A stretch of 64,000 nt of DNA, from the NCBI RefSeq assembly GCF_009914755.1, contig NC_060935.1; one strand, written 5' to 3'. Shown one piece after another: positions 1-15,300 of the stretch (positions within the stretch are counted from its first letter, which is position 1; each line of letters begins with the position of its first letter). The stretch comes from the human T2T-CHM13v2.0 reference genome, Homo sapiens. A model generated the notes under the pieces. That model was given only the letters and a program-made list of their open reading frames with translations, did no database searches and was not told the DNA's origin. A program made the position numbers and the translations under genes.

Positions 1-2581
1 GGGGCAATTCATGAGTTCTCTGGTCCCTTTTAGATAATGGAGGGTTTTTCCTTGTCTACTCCAAGTTCCTTTTCGAGGAAATTCAGTGAACAAGATGGAG
101 GTAGGAGGGAGCTCAGCACAGAGGGGACAGGGCTGCTGCTCCGTCCCCACTCAGTGATATGGCTCTTCCTTTTTGTACAACAGTGAAACACACTTGTGTG
201 TGGTTTGTTAGTAAATAACTGCTGTCCTGAGCCCTCCTGAGTGACCCACAACTCTGGCTCCCTAGAAGTCCCCACTGCCCTGCTGTCTGGCATCTGTGGC
301 ACTACGGCCATTCATTGTGTGGATGGGTGCCAGGGTTATGCCAAGGTGTGAAAATTTTGAATAGCATCCCTGACCATAGGTAAAGAAAAATCCAGAGTGG
401 CTGAGGCATCAGTGAGAGTAGGGGAAGTATTGTGGATGGGGCAGGCTGTCCAGGCAGGCAGGGGCCAGACTCTGCAAAACTCTGTGGGCTGTGTTAACAA
501 TTTTAGGCTTTAAGAACAGCAGGACACCATTTGAAAGGCTTTAAAGAGAGCAGGAAAAGGATATGATTAGATAGGCTTTTTGTACAGTTTCCTCTTTCCA
601 AAGGCTGGAAGTCTGTATGTGATGGGTGATGTTTATATGCACTAGGCAATCATCAGGAATAAAGAACTCTGCCCATAGTCAGGCCCTGCTGAATACCCAC
701 ACTCTGGTGGCTGGGCCAGGAGGTACAGCCTGGCTAGTGGGGCTCTGAAGCCAAGGCTGAGCAAGAGTGACTCCCCTGGAGCCTCTTCACAAGCCATATC
801 TGTTTTCATTTGAGGTGGTCTTGTGATCAGGTGAGCAGTGAGTTCTGAGCTGTGCAGGAAGAAAGATCCAGTAAGGTAGGGAGAAGTCTAAATGGGCTCT
901 ACAATTAAGAGAGGCAAAAGCCAGAAATGACTGAAGAGTCAATGTGTCTAGATGCAGTGGGTTAGAGAGAGAGAGCAAATGCCTGGAACAAGCATGCTGG
1001 TTTGGAGAGGCAACTTCCACATGGTTTCTGGACCAGAACTCTAAATTTAACTGGTCAGATTTAAGGCAATAAGCTTTTACCTCCTCAAAAACAGCATCAA
1101 CTCCACTTAGTTGGATTTCACTTCAAAGTTTAAGAGTATGTCCTGGCTGATACAGTACCTTGAAATTTCTGAAACCTTACTGATACTTTTTCCTGAAGGG
1201 AGAGTAGTGGTTTTGCTGGAGTTTGGGTGACTCCAAGTTTTGAAGATGAGAGAAGAGAAGCTGAAGGTGTGGCTTAGGTGAAAGGTTTCATAAGATTTCT
1301 GATTTAAGCTGTTTCACTTTTGGGGACAAGGTGAAATAATAGCACTGAGATGTGGAGATGAGACTTGTCCCTAACACTGCATAGGCCCCAGATCCTCTTT
1401 AGCATTTCAGAGCGTGCTTGTTTCAGGAACACACAGAGGGAGAGAGAGTTTCTTAGGCAGAGAACATCAGTACTGAAAACTAGGAAAGCAAGGTTCCTCC
1501 ATGGGACCGGGAACCAGAGCCAGAGAGGAACGGCACGGCAGGTATGGCATGGTGACTGGAAGGGATGAGGTCTGGCGGCTCATATGAGGACCACTTCAGG
1601 AAATCGAAGAAATAATTTTGGACATCTTTACTGGGGATGGCAGTGGAGAGGGGGAAGCAACAACACCAGAAGAGATTTAGAAATGTTATTTGAGGTAACA
1701 ATATAAGGTGACCTTATCAGTACCCCAAGATGGAGAATAGTCTGTATAGTGCTCATATTCTGTTTAATTAACTTGAAAATAGAGTCCTGGCAAATCAAGT
1801 CCTTCCCCTCTGCACGTTTCTAAACATAAAGATAACCTGAAAATTTTTGAAATACCCATGTCAGCTGTGACTCATTTTTACTCTTTTTAAATCAACAATG
1901 CAATTTAAATTCTAATTTGGAAATCCAGTTACCTATTATACCTTCACTTCGACAGCTGCAGCATTTCACTTCTGGCAATACATATTCCCAATCACGTATC
2001 TTGAAACACACTTTGTTAAATACTTAAAGTCCATATCAAGAATGAGCTTTGGAGTTAGCAAGTCAGCTGGGGTGATCATTTTTGGATGCCTGAGGAATGA
2101 ATAAACTAAAATTGCTTGGAGAGACAGGAAATAATCTCTTTCTAGGGGTATTGCTTCTCTGTGCTCTGTTTCACATTTTTTCCTAACAAATCACTGAAAC
2201 AAATAATAAGAGAAGCATTTCTAGCTTTCCTTCTGCAGAAAGAATGCCTGAGGAGGCGACTGCACTAGTTAATGTGACTGCATGCTGAAAGCCCTAAATT
2301 CTCCTCCATGAATACATCAAGAATATGGTTCAATTACTGAATTCCGTTCTGCAACAAATCCCTGAGAAATAGAATACATAAAAGAGAAACTAGAAAAGAT
2401 CACTTATAATACATGTATAGGATGTAGCCCAAGGTGACAATTTCTTTGTCTTTGAGCATCTTAAATATTTAATTTTGGAATTCTGGTGGGGATAAGGGGT
2501 AGGCCTGGAAAAAAATCCCTATAATGGAGCTTCAGGACCCTCCATCTTCAGGTTGCTAAGTAATGTGTTTTGACAATGCAT

Positions 2582-2600
2582 GAACACTAGATGGCACCCA
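2582..2600 (+). promoter_or_regulatory. Candidate CTCF motif
   Basis: gaacactagatggcaccca resembles the CCACYAGRKGGCRS core. Motif match only. Confidence 0.35.
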
Positions 2601-2662
2601 TAACCTTAAAACATAGTAAAACGTTACTTCCCTTTTCTGTATAGGCAAGAATGTAGGAATCA

Positions 2663-2850
<188 letters not shown>

Positions 2851-3294
2851 TCTACTCGAGCATTTCCCACTACTGGTGTCCTGTAAGTTACTCCTTATGT
2901 AAGGGTTTGGTGGTCAAAATGTTTTTGAAAGCCATAGACTTCATCTGCTCTAGGAGATTTCCAATGGACACAGGTAAACATGTTTTTTAGAAGTTCTTCA
3001 TTGAAGAAGCCTGTACAAATGAACCTATTACAGTAGCAACCTATTACAATCCTGCTGTTTCAGTGTTCTACGAAACACACTTTGGGAAATGCCAATCTAG
3101 TCCAATCCCTGTCCCAAAGAAGGAACAGCCCAAACTATCCAAAAGAGGCCCTCCTTATACATGGGTATCTGAACCTTTTTAAAAAACAACAGATACAGTC
3201 TTAAAGCAGAGTTGATAGTAATAGCAACACTTATTGAATATGTATACTATGACATGCTGTATTTTAAGTGTTACTGTCTCTTCTCTTTCTTCAG

Positions 3295-3358
3295 TGTGTG
3301 TGTATATATATATATGTGTATGTATATGTGTTTATATACATATACATACATATACAAT
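3295..3358. repeat. (TG)/(TA)/(CA) compound microsatellite
   Basis: Seen directly in the sequence. Confidence 0.85.
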
Positions 3359-3639
3359 ACCTGGCACATAGTAAGCCATTAATAACTAAATTACCTAGGA
3401 ATATTCTATAGTCTGTGTGTGAGAGTAGGAATGGACATTCTGCCCCTCATTAGAAAGGTTATTGTCTATTATGCAAGTCTCTTACCTATGAAGAACAATT
3501 GAGACCAAAGACATATCCTCCAGATCCCTTCCCTGGGGATTCTACTTCCTTTCTCTGAAACTACTACATTATTGTTAACATGACTTATTTGCAAATTAAT
3601 CTTACATGACCTATTAATATGTATTGAATTTTATTTAGC

Positions 3640-4016
<377 letters not shown>

Positions 4017-4174
4017 TAGATGAAAATATTTTATCTTCCATATTCCATTATTAGTAATTCTTCTGTGCCATTTTGCTTTCCACATTGTAATGTTTGAGCT
4101 TCTCAAGACTGTTCTTTTCTCTCAATGTTAAGCAATTAAATTCCAATAGTGAACCTTGAAGCTAGCCATTTTCT

Positions 4175-4484
4175 TATTTATTTATTTATTTATTTTTATT
4201 ATTATACTTTAAGTTCTAGGGTACATGTGCACAACATGCAGGTTTGTTACATATGTACACATGTGCCATGTTGGTGTGCTGCACCCTTTAACTCGTCATT
4301 TACATTAGGTATATCCCCTAATGCTATCCCTCCCCACTTGCCCCACCATACGACAGGCCCCGGTGTGTGATGTTCGCCATCCTGTGTCCAAGTGTTCTCA
4401 TTGTTCAATTCCCACCTATGAGTGAGAACATGCGGTGTTTCGTTTTCTGTCCTTGCGATAGTTTGCTGAGAATGATGGTTTCCA
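4175..4484 (-). mobile_element. 5'-truncated L1PA 3' end with 17-bp TSD
   Basis: ttattatactttaagttctagggtacatgtgcac... is the L1PA 3'UTR in reverse. TSD gaagctagccattttct at 4158-4174 and 4485-4501. Confidence 0.95.
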
Positions 4485-5949
4485 GAAGCTAGCCATTTTC
4501 TAGCTAGCTACAGGTGAAATACATTTTGATATACTAAGGAAAAATGTTCCCTCTTCTTTCTCAACTGAAAAAAGCAGATAATATTTTCCTCATCATCTGT
4601 ATTTGCAAATGTTATACATAAAAACGGATATGCTGTGTGAACTTCAAAGATTGTTGTTATATTCTGTGAATTATAATATCTAAGACGACTATAATTCTGA
4701 TTGGTTGCCTTATTTACTGTGTGGTCCTGGTAATAATATTTAAATGGATAAATCTATTTTTGAAGCAGAAATACTTGCGAGTTTTCTTTGTCAAGCCATA
4801 GAGTATCACTAGATCACCTTTTTCCTCTCACATGTATGGAGGTTAAAATAAATAAAGCCTATGGCTTGGTGGATTTTTTATTTAAACAGAGTTAGAGAGT
4901 CTAATGCCATCTCTGTAGCTCAATTTCTTTATCCTTAATATGAACATAACAAGGCATAGTGTTGTTGGAAGACTAAATTATTTATGATAGTGACTGACTC
5001 AAAAGTACCATGTAAGTATTAGTTCTTTATTGCTTTATGTGTTCCCGAATGTGATGTGCACACAGTGCGGTGTGCACCAAGAAGATGTGCCATAGAGACT
5101 GTTGACAATATTTTGAAAAGAAAGTGTGCTGAGAGGAGAAAGAACACTGACTTGAGTTCAGCTTTATAGTCAGTAGCTGTGGAGACATAGACAGATCATT
5201 TAGCCTCTCCAAATCTCTTTTCTTCTGATCTGGAAAATGGGAGTAATAATAATAACCTATCCTGCCACTTAGAATGCCTTAGAGAATCTCTAGAATTAAT
5301 GCATGTGACAGTGCTTTGTGTCTGGGAACATTTAATGACGATATGAATGCTGATTGTAATGAAATGACAAAGTGGTCCGCAAGTATACAGAATGTAAGCC
5401 AGGATGATGAAGATACGTTAGTATGCTTTAGGTAGAATTTTAGAATCAATCTTCAGGCTATAGTGACTTCTTAATGTACCACCATATTTATTCAACACTT
5501 TTTCATTCGATAAACACTTCTTTTTTGGGAGACTGCTATGTGCCAGGCATTGTGCTAAATATTGAGGATATAAAATCATGTAAGATAGAGAATTTGCTTT
5601 CAGAGACCGTACCACCTAGTACAGAAAGACAGACATGTAAACGTATATGCACAATAAGGTTTGATAGCTGCCAGTTATATCTTACATATCATGAAAGTAT
5701 TGAAGAAGTAGGTAAGGGAAGTAGTTTAAGGAATGATGCTCAGCTCTTGGATGGCAGAACAAGGTCCTGGTGTGGGACTATACGCTGTATCTCCCATACT
5801 CAACATCCTTCCAGAGAACTGCACCTGATGAGTAGGCAGAGGCCTTCATATGTGAGAGGACCACAGTGACACATACGACAAGGCTATTCATGCAAATTTC
5901 CGGACACCTTACTAAAGTCAACTGACTGTATGATGTTATTCAGGTAAAC

Positions 5950-5973
5950 TGTGTGTGTGTGTGTGTGTATGTC

Positions 5974-6008
<35 letters not shown>
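5950..6008. repeat. (TG)n(GA)n microsatellite
   Basis: Seen directly in the sequence. Confidence 0.9.
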
Positions 6009-6589
6009 TTTTCCCATTTTTTGAAGGGTTGGAATGGTGGCTAACAAATATAAGGTCAATTATAAGATTCTATTTATAAATCACAGCCATAAAATGAAAA
6101 CAAATTTTTCTAAATGCACAATGAAAACCACAAACTAAGTGCTTTGTTTAGTTATGAACTATGAACCATAATATCAGCCATAAGTACTGGCTCCTTATGT
6201 AACCCTCCGTTATTATTTTCATGATTAGTAAAATTAAAATATAGGCAGGAACACTCACAATGGATTTACCCTATCATACTAAGGAGGAAGCTTGACATAG
6301 TAGAAGGAGACAGCCAATAAATATTTGAATAAGTTAAAGGAAACAGGAAAAGAAAGGAAGAGGAAAGGGAAATTAGAAGGAAGGGGGAAAGTGGCAATGA
6401 GATGGAAGAATGAAAAGAGGGAGGGAAGGGATATGGTAGGTGTAATGGGCATTAAAATGGAATACTTAAATCCCAGCTCTGACTCTCTATAGTTAGGTAA
6501 ACTTTGACAAGCTGGAAGTTTATCTTCATTTGAACATGAGGCAGTACCTTTCAGAGTGATTGTGAGAAGAATAAATAATAGTTATGCAA

Positions 6590-7225
6590 GATAAGTCAGA
6601 GGTCCATTGAACAATGTGTGCCTATAGTCACCAATACTGCTTGCTTAAACATTTGCTAAGATGGTAGATCTTATGTTAATTGTTCTTATAACAAAAGGAA
6701 AATAATAATAAAAAAAGAAGAGAACAGGAGAAAACTTTTGGAGTGATGGTTGTGTTATGGCATAGATTGTGGTGATGGTTTCATGTGTGCATACATATCT
6801 CCAAATTCGTCATAAGTATGTACAACTTTTTCTACGTCAATCTCATCTCAGTAAAGTACCCTTGAAAATTACTTACAAAATAATGCCCTTTGCACCAATG
6901 CAGATGCCACTGGAGGCTATTATCCTAAGCAAATTAACACAGGAACAGAAAGCCAAATACCACATGTTCTTACTTATAAGTGGGAGCGAAATACTGGATA
7001 CTCATGGACATAAAAATAGCAACAATAGGCACTGGGGACTCCTAGAGTGGGGAGGGAAGGAAAAGGGAAATGATTGAAAAACTACTGGGTACTACTCTCA
7101 CTATCTGGGTAATGGGATCAATTGTATGCTCAACCTCAGCATCATGTGATATACCCATATAAGAAACATCGTGTGTACCGCCAAATCTAAAATAAAAGTT
7201 GAAATTATTAAAAAGGTAAAAAAAA
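6590..7225 (+). mobile_element. Older L1 3'-end fragments (L1M-type, then L1PB/L1MA-type)
   Basis: ggaggctattatcctaagcaaattaacacaggaacagaaa...aataaaagttgaaattatt, preceded by an L1M-like 3' end. Confidence 0.75.
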
Positions 7226-7469
7226 AGGTGCTTAATACATTGTTGCTGATAATTCTTGAATTTAGTTGAATGGTGCCACTGCTACAACTTAGTACCATCA
7301 GCAAACTCTATATAGCATTATCTTATGCATTTTTTTGTTTTTACATTTGCACCAAACTATACACATTATAAAGGTACAGTGTTTAGAGTATGGTTATGAG
7401 TTTGGGAGAAAAGTCTGTTTTTTTAAATAAAATAAGTAATATATCATTTTTAAAAAGGCATGCTTCTCA

Positions 7470-7978
<509 letters not shown>

Positions 7979-8054
7979 TCATAATTGAAAGTTATGACTT
8001 TTTCATTGATGGCGTCAGATATGGAGGGAATAAAGATTAAAGAAACATACTCAC

Positions 8055-8211
8055 CGATAGGATCTGGTCTCCTCTCTGGAGCTCCCCACTTAGGTCTGCT
8101 GGTCCACCAGCCAGAATGAAGGACACAAAAATACCTTCTCCATCTTCCCCACCGACAATGTTGAAGCCCAGGCCAGTGGAGCCTTTGTGCAGGACTACCT
8201 TGCGAGGCTCT
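8055..8211 (-). CDS. DLG2: DLG2 coding exon, N-terminal part of PDZ3 ((G)[52 protein letters not shown])
   Basis: GLGF PDZ motif and the DLG2-type sequence [18 protein letters not shown]...SGELQRGDQ. Acceptor tttctttctgcag|A at 8212/8211 and donor TCG|gtgagt at 8055/8054. 157 nt, phase 2 in, phase 0 out. Confidence 0.97.
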
Positions 8212-8529
8212 CTGCAGAAAGAAATAGAGAACACAGCTCAGAGGGTGATCCATTTAAGATTTACGTTGCTTTTACTTTCAATGGGATATATGATATCAGC
8301 AACTCACTACTTGTAAAATTGTTTCTCAAACTAAGATAACATTTGCACATCAAGAAAGAGGCTAATATCAGGACAGATGTTTGAGTTCCCCACTGCAACA
8401 ACTACCAAAATACCATGCAAAAAATCATTCCTTCATTCTAAAAAAATTTCTTAAACTACCTTTACTTCTACTTTTCTTTTGTTTAAAACATCTCTTTTTG
8501 TATCAAGCACCACAGTAGTACTCAGTATG

Positions 8530-10060
8530 ACGGATGCACACAAAAGCAGGGAGGGATTTTTGGGAAGAAGAGACTAAGGTTGAATGCCCAGATCATGAAA
8601 GATCTTACAAGCCAGGTTGTGGGTTTGTTGTTTGCTTGACTGTTAATTAAAATTTACTGTGTAGGCCATGGGGCTCATTAGAAGATTCTGAGACATTAAG
8701 AATACTTAAATTCATTTTAGGAAAATTAACAGATGGTCCTATGGAGGGCTGACGGAGAGGAAAGCACAGATATGATCGGAGGTGGGAAAACCATTTAGGA
8801 TGTTGTCTAGGAATCCAGCTGTGAGGAAGTCACAGCCTGAAGAAGGGTGACAGCAGTGAGAATTTTAAAAAGGGCAACATGAGAGAGGAAATTTGAAGGG
8901 AGAAGCAGTAGGTCCAGAGATGACTCAGACATTGGAAAAAGAGGAGAGAGAGCATCTAAGTAACTAGCAAAAGGAGAGATGAGTGGAATCCAGGGTCATG
9001 AGAATGAGTATGATTTTGACACACTCAGTTCCAGGAAATAGTGAGATATCCAGGTGGAGATGTTCTGAAGCAGCTGGAGACAAAGAATAGGAATATGGGC
9101 CTTCAGAGAGGACTATAAATACATATTTGAGGATCATCAATAAAAAGGTCAGAGATCAAATCTTGAGCCAATAGTTCACTGAGTTTGTGTACAGCTCAGA
9201 ATAATATGGAATTATAGAATGTAAAAAGTCTTAAAATGCATTTAGTTCAATTTTCTGTATCAGTAGTTTTAAAAAGTGTTTTTGCAAGCCTTAGGTTTGA
9301 CCAAGTTGTCATTTGCATCACCCACCCTCCTCTCCCAAACATCTCAGTTCATCTTCTATTTTCCAGCTCTTAATGATGTAAGAATGAGAAAGAGCCATCC
9401 CATGTATTTTATACTAATGGCTACACAAAGAATTTGTTACTTGCTATCACATTTCCATGCATAAAATGATGCATTATGTATATATGCCTTATTATGAGGA
9501 AAGGTGTAAAGTGCACCTCACAACTTGAACTGTAAGTAATAAATTATGTAACAATGCATTAAGTCAGAGGTAAAGTGACATAGAGTTAACTCATTTCATT
9601 CTACAAATACTTTGTAAACACCTACTGTGCCAGGAAGGTGTTTCAGGTGCTCAGAATGTTTGCAAACAAAACAAATATCCCTGTCCTTGTGGGCTTACAA
9701 TCTAATGAAGGTAGACCACTAATAAACAATAGATGCAATAAATAAGTTCATTATATAGCACGTTAGAAGGCAAAAAGTATTTTGGAGAGAAAAAAAAGCA
9801 GAGCAGTGTAGGAGGGATAGGTTGTGGTGAGGAGGGCCTGGGTAGGATGGATTGAGAAGGTGACATTTTAGAAAAAATTGAAGAGGTGAGGAAACTAGTC
9901 ATGTCGCTATAAAAAGGAAGAACATTCTGGCCAGAGGAAAGGAACAGCCAAACAGAGATCCTAATATGGAAGGGTGCCTGGTGTTGTCAAAGAAGAACTA
10001 GGAGGCCACTGTGGCTGAACTGAGTGAATGAGGAAAGGAGAATGGTAAACAATGAAGTCA
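8530..10060. mobile_element. Degenerate L2 fragments (L2 resumes at ~11155-11290)
   Basis: L2-typical motifs such as gaggccactgtggctgaactgagtg and gggccttgtag...gactttactctga. Confidence 0.6.
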
Positions 10061-10061
10061 C

Positions 10062-11154
10062 TGTTTTAGTTTTCTATTGCTGAATAACAAGTTACCACAA
10101 ATCTAGCAGGTTAAAACCACAGCCATTATTCTCTTTCAGTTCTGTAGGTCAGGAGTCTGGGTGGACTTGACTGTGTTGCCTACCTATGCTGAAGTCAAGG
10201 TGTCAGCCAGGCTGAGCTTTATTGCAAATTTCTGTGGAAAAATCTGCTTCCAAATGTATTTAGGTTCCTGGCAGAATTCAGTTTCTTGTGGTTGTAGGAT
10301 TGTATTAGTCAGGGTTCTTCAGAGAAAGCCAACATGAGATTGCACACACACACACCCCTATGGTATATACACATACACACACACCCCTATAGTATATACA
10401 CATACATCATAAGGAATTGGCTTATGTAGTTGTGGAGGCTGATAAGGCCCAGGATTTGTGGCTGGCAAATTGGAGACCGAGGAGAGCCAGTGATATATAT
10501 TAAATAGTTGTAGGCTGAGGCTAAGCCTGAAGGCAGATGAAGACTGCTGATGTCCCAGCTTGAAGACAGTCAGGAAGAAGCAGCAAATTCACCCTCTCAA
10601 TGCTTTTTTATTCTATTCAGGCCTTCAGTGGATTAGATGAGGATCACACCCCTTGGGGAAAACAATCTGCTTTACCCAGCCTATTGATTTGCATGTTCAT
10701 CTCATCCAGAAACACCCTCACAGACATACTGAGGAAAATGTTTAACCAAATAGCTGGACACTCAATGACTCAGTCAAGCTGATACATGAAATTAACCATC
10801 ATAAGGAATAAGGTACCCATTTCCTTGCTGGCCATCAACTGGGGCCTCTCTCAGCTCCTATAGGCCATCCACATTCCTCACCCCATGGCTCTCTCTATCT
10901 TCAAGCAACTAATGGCACATTGAATCCTCTTCACATTTGGAAGCTCTGACTTCCTCTTCTCCAACTAGCTGAATAACTCTTTGCTTCTTAGGGGTTTATG
11001 TGATTAGGCCAGGCCCACCCAGATAATTTTCCTATCTTAACTGATTAGTAACCTTAATTACTTGCAAAATCCCTTTTCTTATGTAAGAACTTAACTGTGG
11101 GAGTAACACCAGGAGGTAGATATCATGGGTCCCTCTTAGAACTCTGCCTACCAC
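10062..11154 (-). mobile_element. MLT1-family (ERVL-MaLR) LTR interrupted by an MLT2 LTR
   Basis: Starts tgttttagttttctattgctgaataacaagttaccacaaa and ends actctgcctaccac. Confidence 0.75.
10301..10803 (-). mobile_element. MLT2-family (ERVL) LTR nested in the MLT1
   Basis: tgtattagtcagggttc...cagtcaagctgatacatgaaattaaccatcata, with degenerate 5-bp TSD aggat/aggaa. Confidence 0.75.
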
Positions 11155-11299
11155 TATCAGAGAGACAACGGTGCATTAATCCTGCAGGGCCTTGTAGATC
11201 ATTTTAAAAGCTTTGACTTTTACTCTGATAGAAATGGGGAGCCTGTGAGGAAATGAATTGACCTGACTTACATTTGTAAATGATTCCTTTGATGTAAAA

Positions 11300-12340
11300 T
11301 AGAGTCCTCTTGCAGCTGGGTGGGCATGGCAGTTCAGCTCCCCCTTGATCACAGAACAGCAGGGAGGGAGACACAGAGCATTCACCTCATTCTACCTCAT
11401 TGCCACTAGGTGGGAGTAGAAGTTCAGCTCCGCGCTTGGATCCACTAACACCAATCGGGGAGAGAAGATGGGGTGCTGACTAGCACTGCCTTGAACCACC
11501 TTATTCTCCTTACCTTTGCATGGGGGTAGGAGTTCAGCTCCTCACAGGGCCCTGCTGATACTATCCTGGCAGGCAGAGTGGTTTTCCAACTAGTACTGAT
11601 TTCCTCTTTCTCCTACTTCATTGCCACTGTGCAGGGGTGGAAGTTAAGCTTCTTGCTGGTTCCCATCAATATTAGGAGTAGGGGAATGGAATGCCAACTA
11701 ACGCCACCTCATTTCAGCCTGTTGCTGCTGGGTAAGGGTACGAGTTCAGCTCCCCACTAGAAAGTGGAGTATCGACTAGCATCACCTCGTACCCCCTTGT
11801 TCTGCCTATTTGCTGCCAGGTGGGGATGGAAATTCAGTTCTTGTTCTGTCTACCAACAACAGCCTAGTGGAAGAAGTGTAAGGCCATCTTAGAGTTGCCT
11901 CTCCTGGCTGCCGCTGGTAGAGCCAGAAACCTAGCTCTCGGCATAGCACTACTGACACTGCAGGGTTGAGGGGACAGTTTTTTCTTTGGTGTTTGGCTAG
12001 AGTAGGTCAGTATTATCAAAAGTTTTCCGGTTCTATTAGTCTACCGGTTTTTCCCAGTCATTTATCTAAAGGGAGCAGGTTTTACTTGGGGCTGTTTTTG
12101 TCTGTACTTATTGGCGGTTCCAGGCTGCAGGTTCTCCAGTGCTCTGTCCAAATACATAGCAAGCAAAAAAAAAAAAAAAAAAAAAAAAAAGAAAAGAAAG
12201 AAAAAGTCCTGGGAACTCACTACAGTATCCTTCCTTTCCTAGCCAGTTTGTTGCCTCCTTTCCAACTCTAAAGTCTTCCTACATTTGTGTTTTTCTACTC
12301 AAGGTTATTTGTTTTGTTTTGCTTTTTAAATAAGAGGGTG
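11300..12340 (-). mobile_element. Probable L1MC/MD-type 5' region with internal ~100-bp repeats
   Basis: Recurrent agttcagctcc motif and tttttctttggtgtttggctagagtag. Assignment from recall. Confidence 0.5.
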
Positions 12341-15300
12341 GATTAGAGAGAAATGGGGATACATTTTAAACGTAGAGGCCAACAGAATTTTCATGAAAAG
12401 GTTATTGTCGAAATCTCCCCCTTTCCCCAGAATAAACACACGTATAGACATTCTTAGTGGGTCCAACAACACTGAAGCTCTATATAGTACATATAGATGG
12501 AGGGAAGAGAGTGATTAGGACTCTTGACATTTGTCCCTGTGCTAGATATTGTGCTTGATGCTTTATATGAATCATTTGATTTATTCCTCAAAAAAATGAA
12601 AGGTATACTGATTTTGCAACTACTTTAAAACAGGAACAGAAAGCAAAATAGATTGATGATTGGATAGATGGGTAGGTATGTGATAGAGAAAGTATAGGAA
12701 AATGTTAATAGTGGAATCTAGGCGACAAGTACATGGATGTTCATTGTAACATTTTTAAACTTTTCCTTATGTTTGAAAAATGTTTATAATGAAATTATGA
12801 GTAAAATAAATAACCTGATGAAGAAATCATTAGGGCAAATGTTTAGATTAGTGAAATGAGACTACTTGTCTAAGCTTTTAACTGAGTTTAGTAAGCAGCA
12901 AAGGCAGGATTAAGGACATAGATTTTCTGTCTCACAATCCAAAAGTCTAGAATACGGTATATACCAGAGATTGCAAACCAGCAAGTCAAAGGCTGAATTT
13001 GACTCATAATATTTACAAATGTTTGAATTAGCTGCCCAAGTTTAAAATTAGGAAAATTTGCATGAAATATGGATTTGTGGCTTCACATGAAAAAAGTCTG
13101 GCATTCCATCAACACTAGCTCCCAGTTTTGCTGTGAGGCAACACTTGGTTTAGAGAATGGGCTTCTTTAGAAGGGTCATTCATGCTCTAGTTTGCCACAG
13201 TCCTGACCTCTTTCTCCTGTTCCCAGACAAAAAAAAAAAAGCTGTCATTGTACCACATTTGCACTTCTTATAAAATTAAGAGGAAAGTATTTCTTGTACT
13301 CATACTCCTATCAAAAATGGGAAAATGAAAGCTTTATGGAGGGAATCATATTTTAATAAAAATGGGAGAGAGTAAGATTCCTATGGAAGTAAAGATTATT
13401 CTTACATGTTTAATATGCAATGTGACTTTATGCAGGAAGAATACAGCTTTCAAAGGTCATTATGAAACATCATTGCCCATTACCCATTTATGTTACCCAT
13501 CTGGGGGCATTTTGTTAGTGACCTTTGCACTTTGACATACTGCTTCCTGTCTTTAAAAACAGAAAACATATAATGTTTGCATGACAGTAGATTTTATTTA
13601 TTTTACCTGGACCCCATTGATTTCAAACTATCAAAACAAATCTTTTAAAATATATTATTTGGAATTTTTGAAACTCAGAAGATTTAAATGCCTTTTTTAA
13701 AAACAGAATTTTATATTATAGTTAATTATGATACTTACTTTAATAGTGAAGATAAATGACAAAAAATAAATTTGTAAAATGGAATGCAAATAAAATGTCC
13801 TAAGCACACTTCAAATGATTTATTTTTTCTAATTTAAATTTCTTATCCTAATAACCTATTACAGCAATCTGTAGATTTTAAAGCATTTCACATATATTTT
13901 CCTGTTAGAGGATCAAAGCCCTTTAAAGTATTACAAGTCCTATTTTACCGATGCTTAGGTAAATCGGCTTGTCTACATTCACATAGCCAGAAGCATCAGA
14001 GCTAGTCTCTTTGCTGTAAGTTAAGTGTTTCATCCATTTGATGGAGAGGGAACTTAAACAATGAAAATTTTTAAAAACTAAGCTAAAATTCAAGTATATT
14101 TAAAGTATAGTAGTATACATTGAAGTATATATAAGCCAGAGGAGGATTCTTAATTTAAAAAAGGGATTACGATATATTACAGAATATAGTTTCCAAAACC
14201 ATTGACACTCAAAGATTCACTTTAACTGCCCTTAGCTCTTATCATTTGAACCACATGGTTCAATACCGCATTCCATGCTGCCTTGCACTCTTCTCTCTCT
14301 GAATGTCATGGTATCTACTCCAACCCCTTCATCCCCTCTAATTCAGGTTTTGACTTTTAGGATAAACTCCCAACTTGAAGTCTCCTTGATCCTAGTTTCA
14401 ATCTTCCAAATACATTCTCCTCCCTAAAATACAAATCAGATCACCTTACTACCCTGCTTAAACGTCTCCAGGCACCCTATGTTCCAGCCACATCAAAGTC
14501 CCTGTGCTTCCCTGAGTTTGACATGTTGCTTCATACCTCTACGTTTTGGCTCAGGCCACCTTAAAACTCAGTTCAACCATCACTTCTCTGAATCCCCAGG
14601 TACATATGATAACTTGTTCCTTGGGTCCACACTGTGTCTTCCACACATGCATCTATTGCAGCATGTTTTACAGTGTGTCATAATTGCTCATACCTTCTTC
14701 TCAAGAAAATGTGAACTCCTAGAACCCAGGCACCAGCATTTCCCCAGTAATAGTAAGATGCCTGGCAGGTAGCAGAAACTCAGGAAATAGGTATTAAATG
14801 AATGGATAAACTCCCACAGTGATTAAGGTCTCCATTTCATATTATAATTAATTACACGAATGTCTTTCCCTCTTCCTAGATTTTAACCAGGTATGTCAAA
14901 ATCTAAATTCCAGAGATATAGATCACAAAACACAAATGGGCAAAGCAGGATGAGAAGGAAATATAGCAAACTGGAAGACACATTTCATCTAAAAGGGGGC
15001 TGCTGCTGCTCAACTCTGGACAATCGCTCCAAGCAGGAATGTCAAGCAATCTTGACAGATTCTCTAATTTTTAAAGATAAGCCAAGAATCTAGATATTTA
15101 TATAAATTTCCCAGAATTCAAATATGACAATGGTTAAAAAAGGTAAAAGCATGGTGCAGGTCAAACTAAAGATGTCTGTTATGCATCCAGCTATGAACTG
15201 CCAGTGTGAGACTCTGCCTTGTTAGAAGTTTGATGGTGCATTTGACATCTGCTTCATGTTTTTCGCTTCCATGGTGCTCAGAATGGTACTTGACTGATGG

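Noticed and set aside
11325-11845. CRISPR-like array
   Set aside because: Eukaryotic DNA, degenerate repeats, related spacers and no cas genes.
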